IMG/VR virus record: IMGVR_UViG_3300028610_001199
Coordinates: 1-50,786 of that record
Reading direction: 5' to 3' (one strand)
Source of the DNA: a virus
Taxonomy: Duplodnaviria; Caudoviricetes
Length of the DNA: 50,786 nucleotides
Positions 1-10,131 of the stretch are shown here, one piece after another. How positions within the stretch are numbered: the first letter of the stretch is position 1; the number at the start of each line of letters is the position of its first letter. The position numbers and the translations under genes are program-made. Under the pieces are notes generated by a model. The model saw only the letters and a list, made by a program, of their open reading frames with translations, did not search any database and had not been told where the DNA came from.

Positions 1-144
1 TTAGATAAAATTAAAGAACATATTAATTTAAAGGAGAAAGAATAATATGAGAAAATGGATTAGAAATTGGTTATTAAAAGACGAAGAAGACTATATAAAC
101 TTAAAAGAAAAATTAAAGGATCATAAAGAATATGCAGAACAAGA
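1..144. repeat. Terminal direct repeat, copy 1 (identical to 50643-50786); indicates a circular/complete assembly
   Basis: ttagataaaattaaag...tatgcagaacaaga is identical at both ends, and ORF 47 restarts at 50689. Confidence 0.95.
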
Positions 145-478
145 AATAGAAAGACATACTAATGCAATAAAAGATACCTTAAAAACGAATAAAAAGAATA
201 TTGAAAATCAAACAGATAGAGATGCTGAAAAGCTAGCGGAAATGTTTTACTCTATAATAAACCATACGACAAGGATAGACGTGGGATATCATCGTGATTA
301 TATTTATCGAGAATATGTAAAAGATGCCATGGTTAGAATTTCCGAAGAGTATGCTTTAAAGGCAATTGATGAAAAAATAACTGACGCACAAAGTAAAATT
401 GATGAGATTGTAAATAAAGATAGTTTTATAAGAGAGTTAGTAATTAAAATTAATGAATCTCAATTAAATAAAGGATAG
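47..478 (+). CDS. Hypothetical coiled-coil protein
   Basis: 143-aa ORF with AAGGAG SD, tightly packed with neighbours. Confidence 0.75.
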   Translation: MRKWIRNWLLKDEEDYINLKEKLKDHKEYAEQEIERHTNAIKDTLKTNKKNIENQTDRDAEKLAEMFYSIINHTTRIDVGYHRDYIYREYVKDAMVRISEEYALKAIDEKITDAQSKIDEIVNKDSFIRELVIKINESQLNKG

Positions 479-479
479 A

Positions 480-1337
480 ATGATGGGAAAAGATTACAGA
501 ACATTGCTATTAGCACCATTCCCTATTGAAGATGTTGAATTTAGAGTAGGATCTACTAATAGGGACAAAACAAAAGGTATGGCGTTGGCCTATATTACAT
601 CTAGAGCTGTTATGGATAGACTAGATGAAGTATTTGGAGTCGGTGGATGGGAAGACGATTATGAGTTATGGCGGGGAAAAGGAGTAAAATGTACAATTCG
701 TGCAAATTTTGATGGTGATTGGATAAATAAAACCGATGGTGCTGATGATACAGACTTTGAAGCGACTAAAGGCGGGTTTTCAGACTCATTTAAGCGTGCT
801 GGTGTTAAGTTTGGTATTGGTAGATACTTATATCAATTACCAGCAGTATGGGTTCCTATTGCGCCAGCAGGGAAATCATTTAAGTTTAGTAATAAGGATG
901 ATATACTAAGAAAGATGAAGGGGTTTTATCCTAAGCCAATTAATATTGTAGATGAGAAGGTACCAGAAAAGCCTAAACCTAAACCCCCGCCTATACCTGT
1001 AGGTAGTTGGGAAGATGCAAGGTTAATAGTTGCACCTTATCCTGATGGGAAAAAGAAGGGTCAATGTTGGGAGAAGTTTACAAAACAAGAAGTATACTTG
1101 TTAAGTTCCTATAGAAATGATAAAAAAACTGATGAATTCAACGATAGAATTAATCTACAATCCACCAAGGAGTATTTATATAAATCATTTTTAGAATTAG
1201 ACTTAGATGAATCTGATTGGGTAGATCTATTGAAGGGAACTTTTGGTGTTGATTCTATAGATAATCTCTATGGGGTAACTAAGGGAGCAGTCGAGAACTT
1301 TTCCAAGCATAAAAAGAAAATAGGAGAACTAGTATAA
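480..1337 (+). CDS. sak: Rad52/Sak-family single-strand annealing protein
   Basis: Motifs LLAPF..EDVEFR, LAYITSRAVMDRLDEVFGVGGW and KGGFSDSFKRAGVKFGIGRYLY typical of Rad52/22-family annealases; Pro-rich linker. Confidence 0.9.
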   Translation: MMGKDYRTLLLAPFPIEDVEFRVGSTNRDKTKGMALAYITSRAVMDRLDEVFGVGGWEDDYELWRGKGVKCTIRANFDGDWINKTDGADDTDFEATKGGFSDSFKRAGVKFGIGRYLYQLPAVWVPIAPAGKSFKFSNKDDILRKMKGFYPKPINIVDEKVPEKPKPKPPPIPVGSWEDARLIVAPYPDGKKKGQCWEKFTKQEVYLLSSYRNDKKTDEFNDRINLQSTKEYLYKSFLELDLDESDWVDLLKGTFGVDSIDNLYGVTKGAVENFSKHKKKIGELV

Positions 1338-1519
1338 TGGACAAGAGAACGATTGATAGAGTAGTCCATGAGATTGAAATAATGGAGTCGATAGCCAGTG
1401 GAGATCATGATAATTCTAATATCAAGGAACATAAAGATGAATGTATAGGTCAAATAGCAGCATTAAGAACATTAAGAAAAGAAATCTTAACTTGGGAGAC
1501 AGAAGATGGAGCTGATTAG
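1337..1519 (+). CDS. Small helical hypothetical protein
   Basis: GGAG SD; coupled to the sak stop. Confidence 0.7.
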   Translation: MDKRTIDRVVHEIEIMESIASGDHDNSNIKEHKDECIGQIAALRTLRKEILTWETEDGAD

Positions 1520-1724
1520 TAAAGAAGAATTGATGAATCTGTTGAATGTAACAAGGATTGCTGTAGAGCTTTCAATAGATAAAGACGGCTCAGAAGGGAA
1601 AATGTTGACAAGTGGTGCTTTAGCTGTGTTAGAAAAAGTAGAAGAAGAAATTAATAAGCTAGTAATAAAGTTAGAAATTGATATGGCAAAACCAGAAGGA
1701 GAAGAAGATGGCAGACAAGAGTAA
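1506..1724 (+). CDS. Small helical hypothetical protein
   Basis: GGAG SD; overlapping operon arrangement. Confidence 0.7.
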   Translation: MELISKEELMNLLNVTRIAVELSIDKDGSEGKMLTSGALAVLEKVEEEINKLVIKLEIDMAKPEGEEDGRQE

Positions 1725-2004
1725 AATAGACGAAGCTTTAGATACAATTATAGATCAGATAAGAGAGAAAGCAATTACAGGTAGAGTCTTAGGAAATGTA
1801 AAACTGATAGTGGAAGGTGGGATCGCTGGACTAGAAGAAATATTAGCTGAAGGCGGGGAAGAAAGTAGGGAATCTGCTATAGGTGGGCTTAACGCACTCA
1901 CAGCGTTATTAACTATGGTTGAGAACTATCATGATCTCCAAAAGATGTACGATTCTATGAAAGAAACCGTAGATAATGGGAATAACGATACTACAATTAA
2001 TTAA
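1708..2004 (+). CDS. Hypothetical protein (probable start MADKSK at 1708)
   Basis: AAGGAG SD upstream of the ATG at 1708. Confidence 0.65.
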   Translation: MADKSKIDEALDTIIDQIREKAITGRVLGNVKLIVEGGIAGLEEILAEGGEESRESAIGGLNALTALLTMVENYHDLQKMYDSMKETVDNGNNDTTIN

Positions 2005-2015
2005 GGAGAAGAACT

Positions 2016-2087
2016 ATGTTAGAATTACTAGAATTATTATTCGGTACCCATCAAGATACAAATGATCCAAAAGTACCGCCCCTATGA
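2016..2087 (+). CDS. 23-aa peptide MLELLELLFGTHQDTNDPKVPPL
   Basis: Strong AAGGAG SD; below the ORF-track cutoff. Confidence 0.45.
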   Translation: MLELLELLFGTHQDTNDPKVPPL

Positions 2088-2199
2088 TCGCATATAATTA
2101 TCAACAAAAAGGAGAATTGCCTATAGAAAATAACTAGTTTTAAGGGCTAATATTTACTAGATTAACTAGTTGTAAGGGGCTAATTAATCTAAGTCAAAC

Positions 2200-2250
2200 A
2201 AGGGTAGTAGTTGCGTTTAAACTGGTGTACGCGATTGCTACCCTTTCTAT
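2200..2250 (+). terminator. Long hairpin between convergent transcription units (probable terminator)
   Basis: AAGGGTAGTAGTTGCGT / ACGCGATTGCTACCCTT, 17 bp with 3 G-U pairs, followed by a T-rich tract. Confidence 0.65.
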
Positions 2251-5200
2251 TTAGAATTCAGGCGCTGGTCTAGTTAAGGCTTCAGCTCCAGGAATATTTC
2301 TAGTTCGTCTGCGTAGAAACTTCTCAACTTCATCACCAACACTAACATCCTGACTTTCATCTAACATCCTGTCAATTAATTTAATGCTGTTCTCAACTTC
2401 ATCTACCGCAGTTCCAAGAGTAGGCCCAGCAAGTAAGTCTATAGTTTTCCCATAGCTAGCAGCTTTCCATACATCACTGAAGATTCCTAACGATGCAGCA
2501 GCAGACCAATTATTCAATATCCGCTCCATACCATTGTCTTCTCGCTGATCTTTACCTTTTAAAAGATTCTTTGCCCCAATAATACCTTCTCCAGCTATTT
2601 GTGAAGTTGCTAAGAAAGTCATTAAAGGTGCAAGGTTTCCCCTTTTTGCTGGCTTGAGAACATGTTCTCCCATAAATTTAGCTTGGTTAATAGCAAACGA
2701 TTTGAATTGAAATAATAGGGACCCCATTGGATGGGATGCCCAGTAAGGTAGATCTTCTGGTCTAGCTGAGAATTGGGTCATTCTAGAAAATCTCCACATA
2801 GCATTCTCTACATCACTCTCAATTACCACTGAGACGTCACCAGCCTTAATCTTAGCGATCTTCTCCTTAGTTAGACCCAAGTTCTTCAGGTCTATCTCTG
2901 CTTGCTTTAATTTGCCTGTAGCTTTAGCCCAAACTCTATCCGGATGGGCAACGATATCTACTGCATGGTCAAAATATTGTTTCCCAACATTAGCAGCGAA
3001 TAGCCTGTTCGCTTGTTCAATCTTAGAGAATCCATTAAGTTGTAATAAGGCATTGGCAGACTTAGACGATATTCCTTTTCCAGACAACCCACTGATGTCT
3101 CGTATTGATTGCTGGATAGCTACACCAGATCTTCTTGCAGCATCATTCCCGTTATTAACCACCATCTCTTTTATTGCACCAGCTATAATCTTTGTTCCCC
3201 TAACATATCCTAATGCAGCGGCTTTCGGCACTGTTGTTATTAATGATTGCATAGAGTTTGCTATAGAAGAAAAACCTAATTTTTCTAGAACTTGAATATT
3301 TTTCATTGTACTTGCAACGACTGCTAGAGATGCATCGTTCTCAAGCCCCATAATACGACTCTTCATCTCGCCCAACATTTGTTGAGAAGGCCCGTCAGGT
3401 ATAGATTTTATTAACTCATCACCGGTTCTAAATTCAGGACCAAATACTGCCTTACCGCCATCTTCCAAATATATGTGTTCTCCGAATCTACGATTAGCAC
3501 CTTCCAAGTATTGCTCGATTCCAAGAAGTACATCATTTTTATATCTCTTATTACCACGACGAGTATCAACAAAAGACTTTGGATCTCCTAGCCAGCCGTC
3601 AACATTAAACAATCTTTCACGCTCTAGATGGGGGTCTTTACGGTTCTTGCTCCATTCCATCATCTCATTTAATTTAGCAACAGCGCCAGCTTCATCTACC
3701 CCTTCTTTCTGCATAATACTTTTAATAATCTTTTTTCTTTTCTTAGTAGTTCCCATAAAGTCAGAAGTAAAGCTATGGGGAAAATAGTTGTCAAGACGAG
3801 TAATACCTATTTTATTACCAGAAGAGTTCACAGTTTGTAAGCCTATCTGTTCTTTGAAGTTAGCGTATTTAGTTGTTAACTTCTCTAAGCCTTCACGTAA
3901 TTGGAGTTGTTTAGCAGTTAACTTGCCAATAGCTTCAGGATTCTCTAGAGATTCAACAACATTTCTCCAATCCTTGCCACCAGCTTTAAGAGAGCTGTCT
4001 AAATTCCTAATCTCAGTTAAGTCTTTAGAAAGGTTGCTATCTGTAAATTTTCTCATATTAAGAACTCTTTCAGCAAACTCTACTCCAGATTCACCAAAGG
4101 TCCGTGCCATCCCATCCATCGTTCCAAACGCATTAAATCTCATACGAGTCCAAGCTTCTTTTACTGAACTAGAAACCTCTCTTAAGCTCTCACCTATGCC
4201 TTTAAAACTTACATCAACTTCATTGCCCGTTCGAAGGATAACAGCTTTCTCTTCTGGAGTCATGCCTTTTGTGATCTTCTTTAGACGCTTCTCCATAGTT
4301 AGGATTTGTTCCTGGGTTATAGCATCTTCACCTGTAAATCTAAAATCATCAACGCCTTGACCTTCTTTAAAGGCAAGTTCTAGAGCATCACCATCAACTT
4401 TTTTGCTTTTAGCTATTGCAAACATGCGTTTCTGGTCTTTAGAAAATGACCTTCTTACGTTCCCCTTATTGTCAACTACTTGAACACGAGAAACAAATTC
4501 TTTCGGATTAGGTGGATCTGCTTTCATGGTATTGTTAAAGACCCTAATTCTTTCTTCTTCAACAGCCTTAGCTAGATCATCGCCTTCTTTAAGAAGGATT
4601 CTTTCATTAGTTTTCTTGTCTATATATGTTTCTCTAGTAACTTTCTTAACACCTTGGTTAACAGAACTAGATAATTGATCTGCATTATTTGTAATAACAG
4701 CGTCAGGAACGTCAATAGTATTTGTATTAATAACTCTTCTAACAGTAGTTACTTCATCAGGAGTTAATTCGCTAACCGATTTCTTAGCTAGTTTGCCTAG
4801 ACTCTTTTCAAGTTTAACTCCAATTGTAGCACCACCAACAACTTCTAGGCTGAAACCAACAACATCTCTAACTGATATCTCGGTACCAAACGCTTCTATA
4901 GCTGGACCAGCGGGAACACCTATTTTCTCTAGAGTAGTAGATGCTGCTTTAATTTTTGGAGTTTCTACATCAAAGGTAGTACCGAATACTCCAGGCTGAA
5001 ACGCTTTACCACCAGCTTCTAATGCAGCAGTTAATGGATTCCCACCTTCTACAATAGCTTCAGTAGCGCCTAATGCAGCTTGAATAGGAGCTTCACCTAA
5101 TGCTATAGCGCCTTCAATACCACCTACAACACCAGTAGCTCTACCAACACCTTCCATTATCTGTCCAATAGATAACTTACTAAAGTCTTCAGATGCCTTC

Positions 5201-5562
5201 CTTAACCCTTCCATTAATCCAGGTGGGGTTAAAGGTTGTGCTCTTAATTCTTCAGCAGATCCCGGTTCTGGAGTTACTTCTTGAGCTGGCAATGTAGATA
5301 TAAGGGAATCAATTTCAGTCAACTCATCTGCAGATAAATCAGTTAATTGTCCGCTCTCTCTAAGTTGCTGCAATTCCTTAATATCTGCTACCTTTTGTTC
5401 AGACAAAGGTTCTAATTTTGGAGTTGGTAATGTAGCTATTAATGAATCAATCTCTGCTAATTCACCAGCGTCAAGATCAGCTAATTGCCCACTATCCCTC
5501 AATTGCTTTAGCTCTTGTCTATCAGCTACTTGTTCATCTGTTAATTTATCGCCATTTGCCAC
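2251..5562 (-). CDS. Large internal virion / DNA ejection protein
   Basis: 1103 aa, helical, last gene of the podovirus structural module; N-terminal tandem repeat. Confidence 0.7.
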   Translation of the reverse strand: MANGDKLTDEQVADRQELKQLRDSGQLADLDAGELAEIDSLIATLPTPKLEPLSEQKVADIKELQQLRESGQLTDLSADELTEIDSLISTLPAQEVTPEPGSAEELRAQPLTPPGLMEGLRKASEDFSKLSIGQIMEGVGRATGVVGGIEGAIALGEAPIQAALGATEAIVEGGNPLTAALEAGGKAFQPGVFGTTFDVETPKIKAASTTLEKIGVPAGPAIEAFGTEISVRDVVGFSLEVVGGATIGVKLEKSLGKLAKKSVSELTPDEVTTVRRVINTNTIDVPDAVITNNADQLSSSVNQGVKKVTRETYIDKKTNERILLKEGDDLAKAVEEERIRVFNNTMKADPPNPKEFVSRVQVVDNKGNVRRSFSKDQKRMFAIAKSKKVDGDALELAFKEGQGVDDFRFTGEDAITQEQILTMEKRLKKITKGMTPEEKAVILRTGNEVDVSFKGIGESLREVSSSVKEAWTRMRFNAFGTMDGMARTFGESGVEFAERVLNMRKFTDSNLSKDLTEIRNLDSSLKAGGKDWRNVVESLENPEAIGKLTAKQLQLREGLEKLTTKYANFKEQIGLQTVNSSGNKIGITRLDNYFPHSFTSDFMGTTKKRKKIIKSIMQKEGVDEAGAVAKLNEMMEWSKNRKDPHLERERLFNVDGWLGDPKSFVDTRRGNKRYKNDVLLGIEQYLEGANRRFGEHIYLEDGGKAVFGPEFRTGDELIKSIPDGPSQQMLGEMKSRIMGLENDASLAVVASTMKNIQVLEKLGFSSIANSMQSLITTVPKAAALGYVRGTKIIAGAIKEMVVNNGNDAARRSGVAIQQSIRDISGLSGKGISSKSANALLQLNGFSKIEQANRLFAANVGKQYFDHAVDIVAHPDRVWAKATGKLKQAEIDLKNLGLTKEKIAKIKAGDVSVVIESDVENAMWRFSRMTQFSARPEDLPYWASHPMGSLLFQFKSFAINQAKFMGEHVLKPAKRGNLAPLMTFLATSQIAGEGIIGAKNLLKGKDQREDNGMERILNNWSAAASLGIFSDVWKAASYGKTIDLLAGPTLGTAVDEVENSIKLIDRMLDESQDVSVGDEVEKFLRRRTRNIPGAEALTRPAPEF

Positions 5563-5564
5563 TA

Positions 5565-6656
5565 TTATTTCCTAGATCTTTTAGCTAATAGTCTAGCACG
5601 TTCTAATGCCGTTAACTTTGTTTCTTCAGTTAGTACTTCTGGTTGACCTTCAAATCCAGATGCTTCTCCAGATGGGGTTAAAGCACTAAGTATTGATTGC
5701 GGTATTTGATTGCGTTGAACTAGTTTTTGAATTAAATCACCACGATTTTTAACAAGGAAAGCAAAATCTAGTAACTCCATAAACTCGGGGCTGATACCTT
5801 CTAATCTTTCTTCAGTTCCTTCTATTTTATCTACAAAATCCTCAACAGAAAAATCCCCTGTAAATAGACTTAAGAATCCCGTCCTTTTTGAAAGTTCCTT
5901 AAAGTCTGAGTGGGCTTTAATCTGTGCCTTAGCTTTTTTGAACAGACTTTCTCTTTCCCCTTTAGGTATAGAGATAAAGGACTTACTGCCTTCTCCCCTT
6001 GACCTAGCATTTAGAAACCCAGGAAGGAAATCTAGTTGCGTAAAATCTCTCTTAGCTTGTCTTTTATTTGTATCTCTAAAAGAATTAATACTTTCAGGAG
6101 TAAATATATTTGAGAACGTGGTTGGAATCTCATCAGTCTCTTTCAACCTTACATTTTGTTTAGCAATCTCCCTTGCAGTTGTTTCTTGTGCTAGTTGTTG
6201 CGGGGTCTCAGTTGTAGTTAATGTTGGTAGTTTTAATCCTAATTGAGTAGCTAATCCTGTTATTGCCCCACGCTCTCCAGGAGTAAACCCTTGTGGCGCT
6301 TGTTGAGATATAAACCCACCTAACCGTTGTTGTGCTTCAGTTTGTTGTTGTGCTTGTATCTGGGCTTGTCTTTGCTGTTCAATCTTAGCCCCGCTAACAT
6401 TTTCTAGATTAAGTTGTCTAAACAATTGTGGTGCTAAAGAAGCGTTACCAGTAATAGCTATAATGTCTGTTATTGTCTCACTTACAGGTTGATTAGATAA
6501 ATCTGTATCTTGTAAAAAACTAGCTAGTGTTTGAGATCGTAATTGAGATTCTTGTTGCTTTTGTTGTCTATCTCGTCGCAATCTTATAGATTCTTGCTGT
6601 CTTGACAATCCCCCTAGTGCTTGACTAAGTGGACCAAACGGATTAGGAATTCCCAT
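5565..6656 (-). CDS. Internal virion / ejection protein
   Basis: 363 aa, Q-rich and helical; position after the pilot protein. Confidence 0.6.
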   Translation of the reverse strand: MGIPNPFGPLSQALGGLSRQQESIRLRRDRQQKQQESQLRSQTLASFLQDTDLSNQPVSETITDIIAITGNASLAPQLFRQLNLENVSGAKIEQQRQAQIQAQQQTEAQQRLGGFISQQAPQGFTPGERGAITGLATQLGLKLPTLTTTETPQQLAQETTAREIAKQNVRLKETDEIPTTFSNIFTPESINSFRDTNKRQAKRDFTQLDFLPGFLNARSRGEGSKSFISIPKGERESLFKKAKAQIKAHSDFKELSKRTGFLSLFTGDFSVEDFVDKIEGTEERLEGISPEFMELLDFAFLVKNRGDLIQKLVQRNQIPQSILSALTPSGEASGFEGQPEVLTEETKLTALERARLLAKRSRK

Positions 6657-7243
6657 TATGCGAAACTCCCAAAGAATTGTTGTTGTTCAAATTGATTCCC
6701 TTGATTCCCAAATTGGAATTGGTCTTGATCAAGTTCACTATCTTGGTCAAATTGAAGGAAAGGAGCTAATTGTTGGTTAACTGATTGCATGTTCTGTTGC
6801 CCGAACTGTTGCTGTTGCTGATTTTGTCCAAATTGTTGCCCTAGTCCAAATAAAGCCCCGCCTGCACCTGCTAATCCAGATAAAGCAGCTTGTTTTTGCT
6901 GTTGCTGAAACTGTTGACTCTGAATTTGCTGTTGTCTTAACCTTGCCATAGCTTGATTTCTCCTTCCTTGGAATTGGCCTGCGATACGAGCTTGAGCATC
7001 CTGAATAACAGATTGGATAGATCCTGATTGAGATAATCCGGCAGAAGCGAATCTAGCTTGAGCTCCTGACGCTGCTTGACCAAAAGCCCTTTGCTCTTGC
7101 CCACCAATGCCTTGAAGTAATTCTTGTCGAAGTTGTCCGAAATCTGGACCTCCTTTACCAGCTCCACGAAATGCACCAACTGCACCCGCAGCACTAGATA
7201 TAGCTCCTACTCCTTGTAATATTAATGCTAATGGTAAAGCCAT
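6656..7243 (-). CDS. Ejection/pilot protein (G/A/Q-rich, hydrophobic N-terminus)
   Basis: MALPLALILQGVGAISSAAGAVG N-terminus typical of podovirus pilot proteins that follow the nozzle gene. Confidence 0.7.
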   Translation of the reverse strand: MALPLALILQGVGAISSAAGAVGAFRGAGKGGPDFGQLRQELLQGIGGQEQRAFGQAASGAQARFASAGLSQSGSIQSVIQDAQARIAGQFQGRRNQAMARLRQQQIQSQQFQQQQKQAALSGLAGAGGALFGLGQQFGQNQQQQQFGQQNMQSVNQQLAPFLQFDQDSELDQDQFQFGNQGNQFEQQQFFGSFA

Positions 7244-7244
7244 G

Positions 7245-9749
7245 TTATCTCCTTTTGTTTTCTAATTCTAAATCTAATTTGATAGAGTTGACTTCAAATA
7301 TTGTATTGTCAAAACCATTAAACTCATTTAGGAAGAACTCTATTTCTAATGTTTCCCCCCTAGCTCCTATAGGGAAATAAAATCTTTTTTCTGTTTCTAC
7401 GGGAGCTTCTGGCAGAACAAGAGTTCCACCAACCCAACTTGTTAACAACACCCCATTTAAGAAAAAACTCACAGACATATTAGTATCACATCTGTAGCGG
7501 ATAACAAACTCGCGTAGTACTAGCTCCTTGCTGATAGCCCCAGGTCTAACATCTAAGGAAGTAATTGTTTTAGTTCTCAATATAGGGGCAAGTGCAATAT
7601 CGCCAGCCTGTTTATCCCCTTTCATAAGAGTAAATATTTCAACACTATTAGTACCTAGTAATTCTCCTATGCGAGTAGGGACAAGGACCAACATTTGGTC
7701 TTCAAAGTCCATCTCAAACATATTAAATTTATTATTAGTAAGGTCTACAAAATAAGTTTTACCATCAGCAGGGAAGTGGAAGATTACCATCCTCTCTCTT
7801 TTTAAATACCCAGCAACACCTAATTCTGGTGCTGTAAGGTTATTAAAATCATCTCTCAATCCTTCTCCAATAGGTACGGATTGCCCAACAACGATAGCTC
7901 TAAACCCAGTACGTGAGATATAAAACAATTTACCTTCAGCTTGTGTAATTGCTTCAGGAGCTATACAGCCTTCTTGAGTTCCAAATCTATCAGTTGAATA
8001 ACTGACAGCAGATCCGGTTGTTACTAATTGCATTGTATATAAGTCATCATCCGTAAACACCATAATACGACGCTTAGGCGATGTTGTTTGCCCACTATCA
8101 GATACTAGAGCAACGCCAGTTATTTCCTTAGACCCATATATGCCTAGATTTAACTCATTGACCAAGGCTAAATTATCATGAGATGGGGCTCCTTCCGCAG
8201 TTACTGTAGACGCTATAAGATGGTTTGCTGTTGGTTCTCCGTCTTCATTTATAATATTTGCAGCGACAAATCTATCGTCAACACTTAGCCCATATTTAAA
8301 ATTTGGTCTTACACCTGTAGCTCCTACAAACTCTGAATAAGTAACTGTAGATATAGGATCGTCAACCATCTCAACTATTCTGCCTAGAGTACCATTAGCT
8401 AAATGGGTAAAGTCACCGTCTTTTTTTTCAAACCCACTAACACTAGATGGATTCCTATCTGGAGTTGTTGTTGTTGTATTTAAAGTATCAATAAACACTA
8501 TAGCATTGCTACCTGGTGCCTTCGCGAAGAGATAAACCCCTGTTATCCTACGTGATATGATATAAGGATTGTATTCATTTGGTATTTTAGTGGGAGTAAG
8601 TGGGGTCGGGTTAGTGTCAAAAGCTATTAGATATTCAGCAGAAACTGTTTCGAAGTTACTTTCAAAACCAAGTTGCATTTGTATTACCAAGGCATTAATA
8701 GCCCCACTCTTATTTATATTAAATGGTTCGGAAAGTGGGCCGACTTGGAACCCATCGTATTGATATGCAATAAATACCTGCCAATCTCCATTGGCTACAT
8801 TTGCTGTCGCAGTTCCGCTTGGGGGGGCAAGGGTAACATTAATTGCGGACCTAAATGGGGAAGGTGGGGCATTGTCTACAAAAGGCATTAACATTTGCTG
8901 CGTATCAAACCAGAAGTCGTCAAACGTTGGTCCAGTACCAGCCGCTAGAGTAGACCCAAACTCTCTATCAATCCACCCATACCAGACTGCTATTTGTCCT
9001 GGGAATTGACTACCAGTTCCCGTTCCACCAATAGACAAATTCTCTCTGTTAATGAACCTAATCATAGATTCGCTAACAGTAAGGCCAGCTAACGTTGGAC
9101 CTATATCTCTATTCCCATGGGCTGGATACCTGCCTAGCATAAAGTTCCCAGTACCAGACGATGGGGATAATCCACCTGTTATGAATGTAAATGTTTTACT
9201 TACTCCAACAACAACTGTGTAATCTAAGACTACAGAGCCAACACTGCCACCAGGCCCAAGGTTATAAGTTACATACCATCTATTATAAGTATCATTAGTA
9301 TCTGAATATAAGCCAAAATTTGGATTGGCAGCTAAAATAACTATTTGACTTGCATTGGTTCCCGCATCGACGGTTGTAAATTTCCCAACTTTATCTGTTA
9401 TTTTACTCAAACCATTATCAAAAGTAGCTGTATCCCTATTGTAATTTGGTCCAACATAGAGATGGTCCTCTTGGACGCCATCAGCCCCATGGAATATAAA
9501 AACGTCTCTAGCTTCAGGTCTTGTTAATGGTACTTCTTTAAATGATTTTATTGCTGTTATATCTGAGCCTAAAGTAGACTGTCCAATCAAGGGTGTTAAG
9601 TCATTAAGATAATTCCCAATCTTAACCATCTTGCCAGGTTGTCTCACAGGAGTTAAATTTACTGACTTTTGGGCAGCATTTATAGGCAGATCAGTTGCCG
9701 CCGTCTTTTTGTCTAGGAACTGGAAGTTATCTATTAATAATTCTGCCAC
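7245..9749 (-). CDS. Tail nozzle / stabilisation (tail hub) protein
   Basis: 834 aa, beta-rich; GCIAPEAI..EGKLFYISRTG propeller-type motif; position before the ejection proteins. Confidence 0.75.
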   Translation of the reverse strand: MAELLIDNFQFLDKKTAATDLPINAAQKSVNLTPVRQPGKMVKIGNYLNDLTPLIGQSTLGSDITAIKSFKEVPLTRPEARDVFIFHGADGVQEDHLYVGPNYNRDTATFDNGLSKITDKVGKFTTVDAGTNASQIVILAANPNFGLYSDTNDTYNRWYVTYNLGPGGSVGSVVLDYTVVVGVSKTFTFITGGLSPSSGTGNFMLGRYPAHGNRDIGPTLAGLTVSESMIRFINRENLSIGGTGTGSQFPGQIAVWYGWIDREFGSTLAAGTGPTFDDFWFDTQQMLMPFVDNAPPSPFRSAINVTLAPPSGTATANVANGDWQVFIAYQYDGFQVGPLSEPFNINKSGAINALVIQMQLGFESNFETVSAEYLIAFDTNPTPLTPTKIPNEYNPYIISRRITGVYLFAKAPGSNAIVFIDTLNTTTTTPDRNPSSVSGFEKKDGDFTHLANGTLGRIVEMVDDPISTVTYSEFVGATGVRPNFKYGLSVDDRFVAANIINEDGEPTANHLIASTVTAEGAPSHDNLALVNELNLGIYGSKEITGVALVSDSGQTTSPKRRIMVFTDDDLYTMQLVTTGSAVSYSTDRFGTQEGCIAPEAITQAEGKLFYISRTGFRAIVVGQSVPIGEGLRDDFNNLTAPELGVAGYLKRERMVIFHFPADGKTYFVDLTNNKFNMFEMDFEDQMLVLVPTRIGELLGTNSVEIFTLMKGDKQAGDIALAPILRTKTITSLDVRPGAISKELVLREFVIRYRCDTNMSVSFFLNGVLLTSWVGGTLVLPEAPVETEKRFYFPIGARGETLEIEFFLNEFNGFDNTIFEVNSIKLDLELENKRR

Positions 9750-10131
9750 CTTGTGTACTCCCGTTGCTTAATGTTTGTATATTGAAAGGCTTGACAATGG
9801 TAGGGAATCTACGTCTATGGATGGCCTTCCCCCTTGCTTCCCTTAGCCCCTCGTCCCACAATCTTTTATGGGTTGCTATTACATCTCTAGGGAATCTAGT
9901 TGATGGATTCATATGGAAATACCAAAAAATCACACCAGACATTAAAACATCTTCAAACTCATCAGGAATTTCTATAAGTTCATTGTCGTTAGTTACTGGT
10001 TCCGGTAAATCGTTTATAACAACATCGATAGTTGTGTTTAGAGATAGCGTCTCACCTTGGCTACCAGTAACACCTATAGACTTAACTTTCCCCTTGTCTC
10101 TTATATAATACAGCGTAGGTTCGTGACTCAT
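9727..10131 (-). CDS. Head-tail adaptor/ring protein, C-terminal-half-like
   Basis: PTLYYI...IEIPDEFEDVLMSGVIFW pattern of adaptor C-terminal halves. Confidence 0.6.
   Translation of the reverse strand: MSHEPTLYYIRDKGKVKSIGVTGSQGETLSLNTTIDVVINDLPEPVTNDNELIEIPDEFEDVLMSGVIFWYFHMNPSTRFPRDVIATHKRLWDEGLREARGKAIHRRRFPTIVKPFNIQTLSNGSTQGGRIINR

Noticed and set aside
1-144. 144-bp end repeat as a biological direct terminal repeat
   Set aside because: It cuts through coding sequence mid-operon and is of assembler-overlap size; more likely a circularisation overlap
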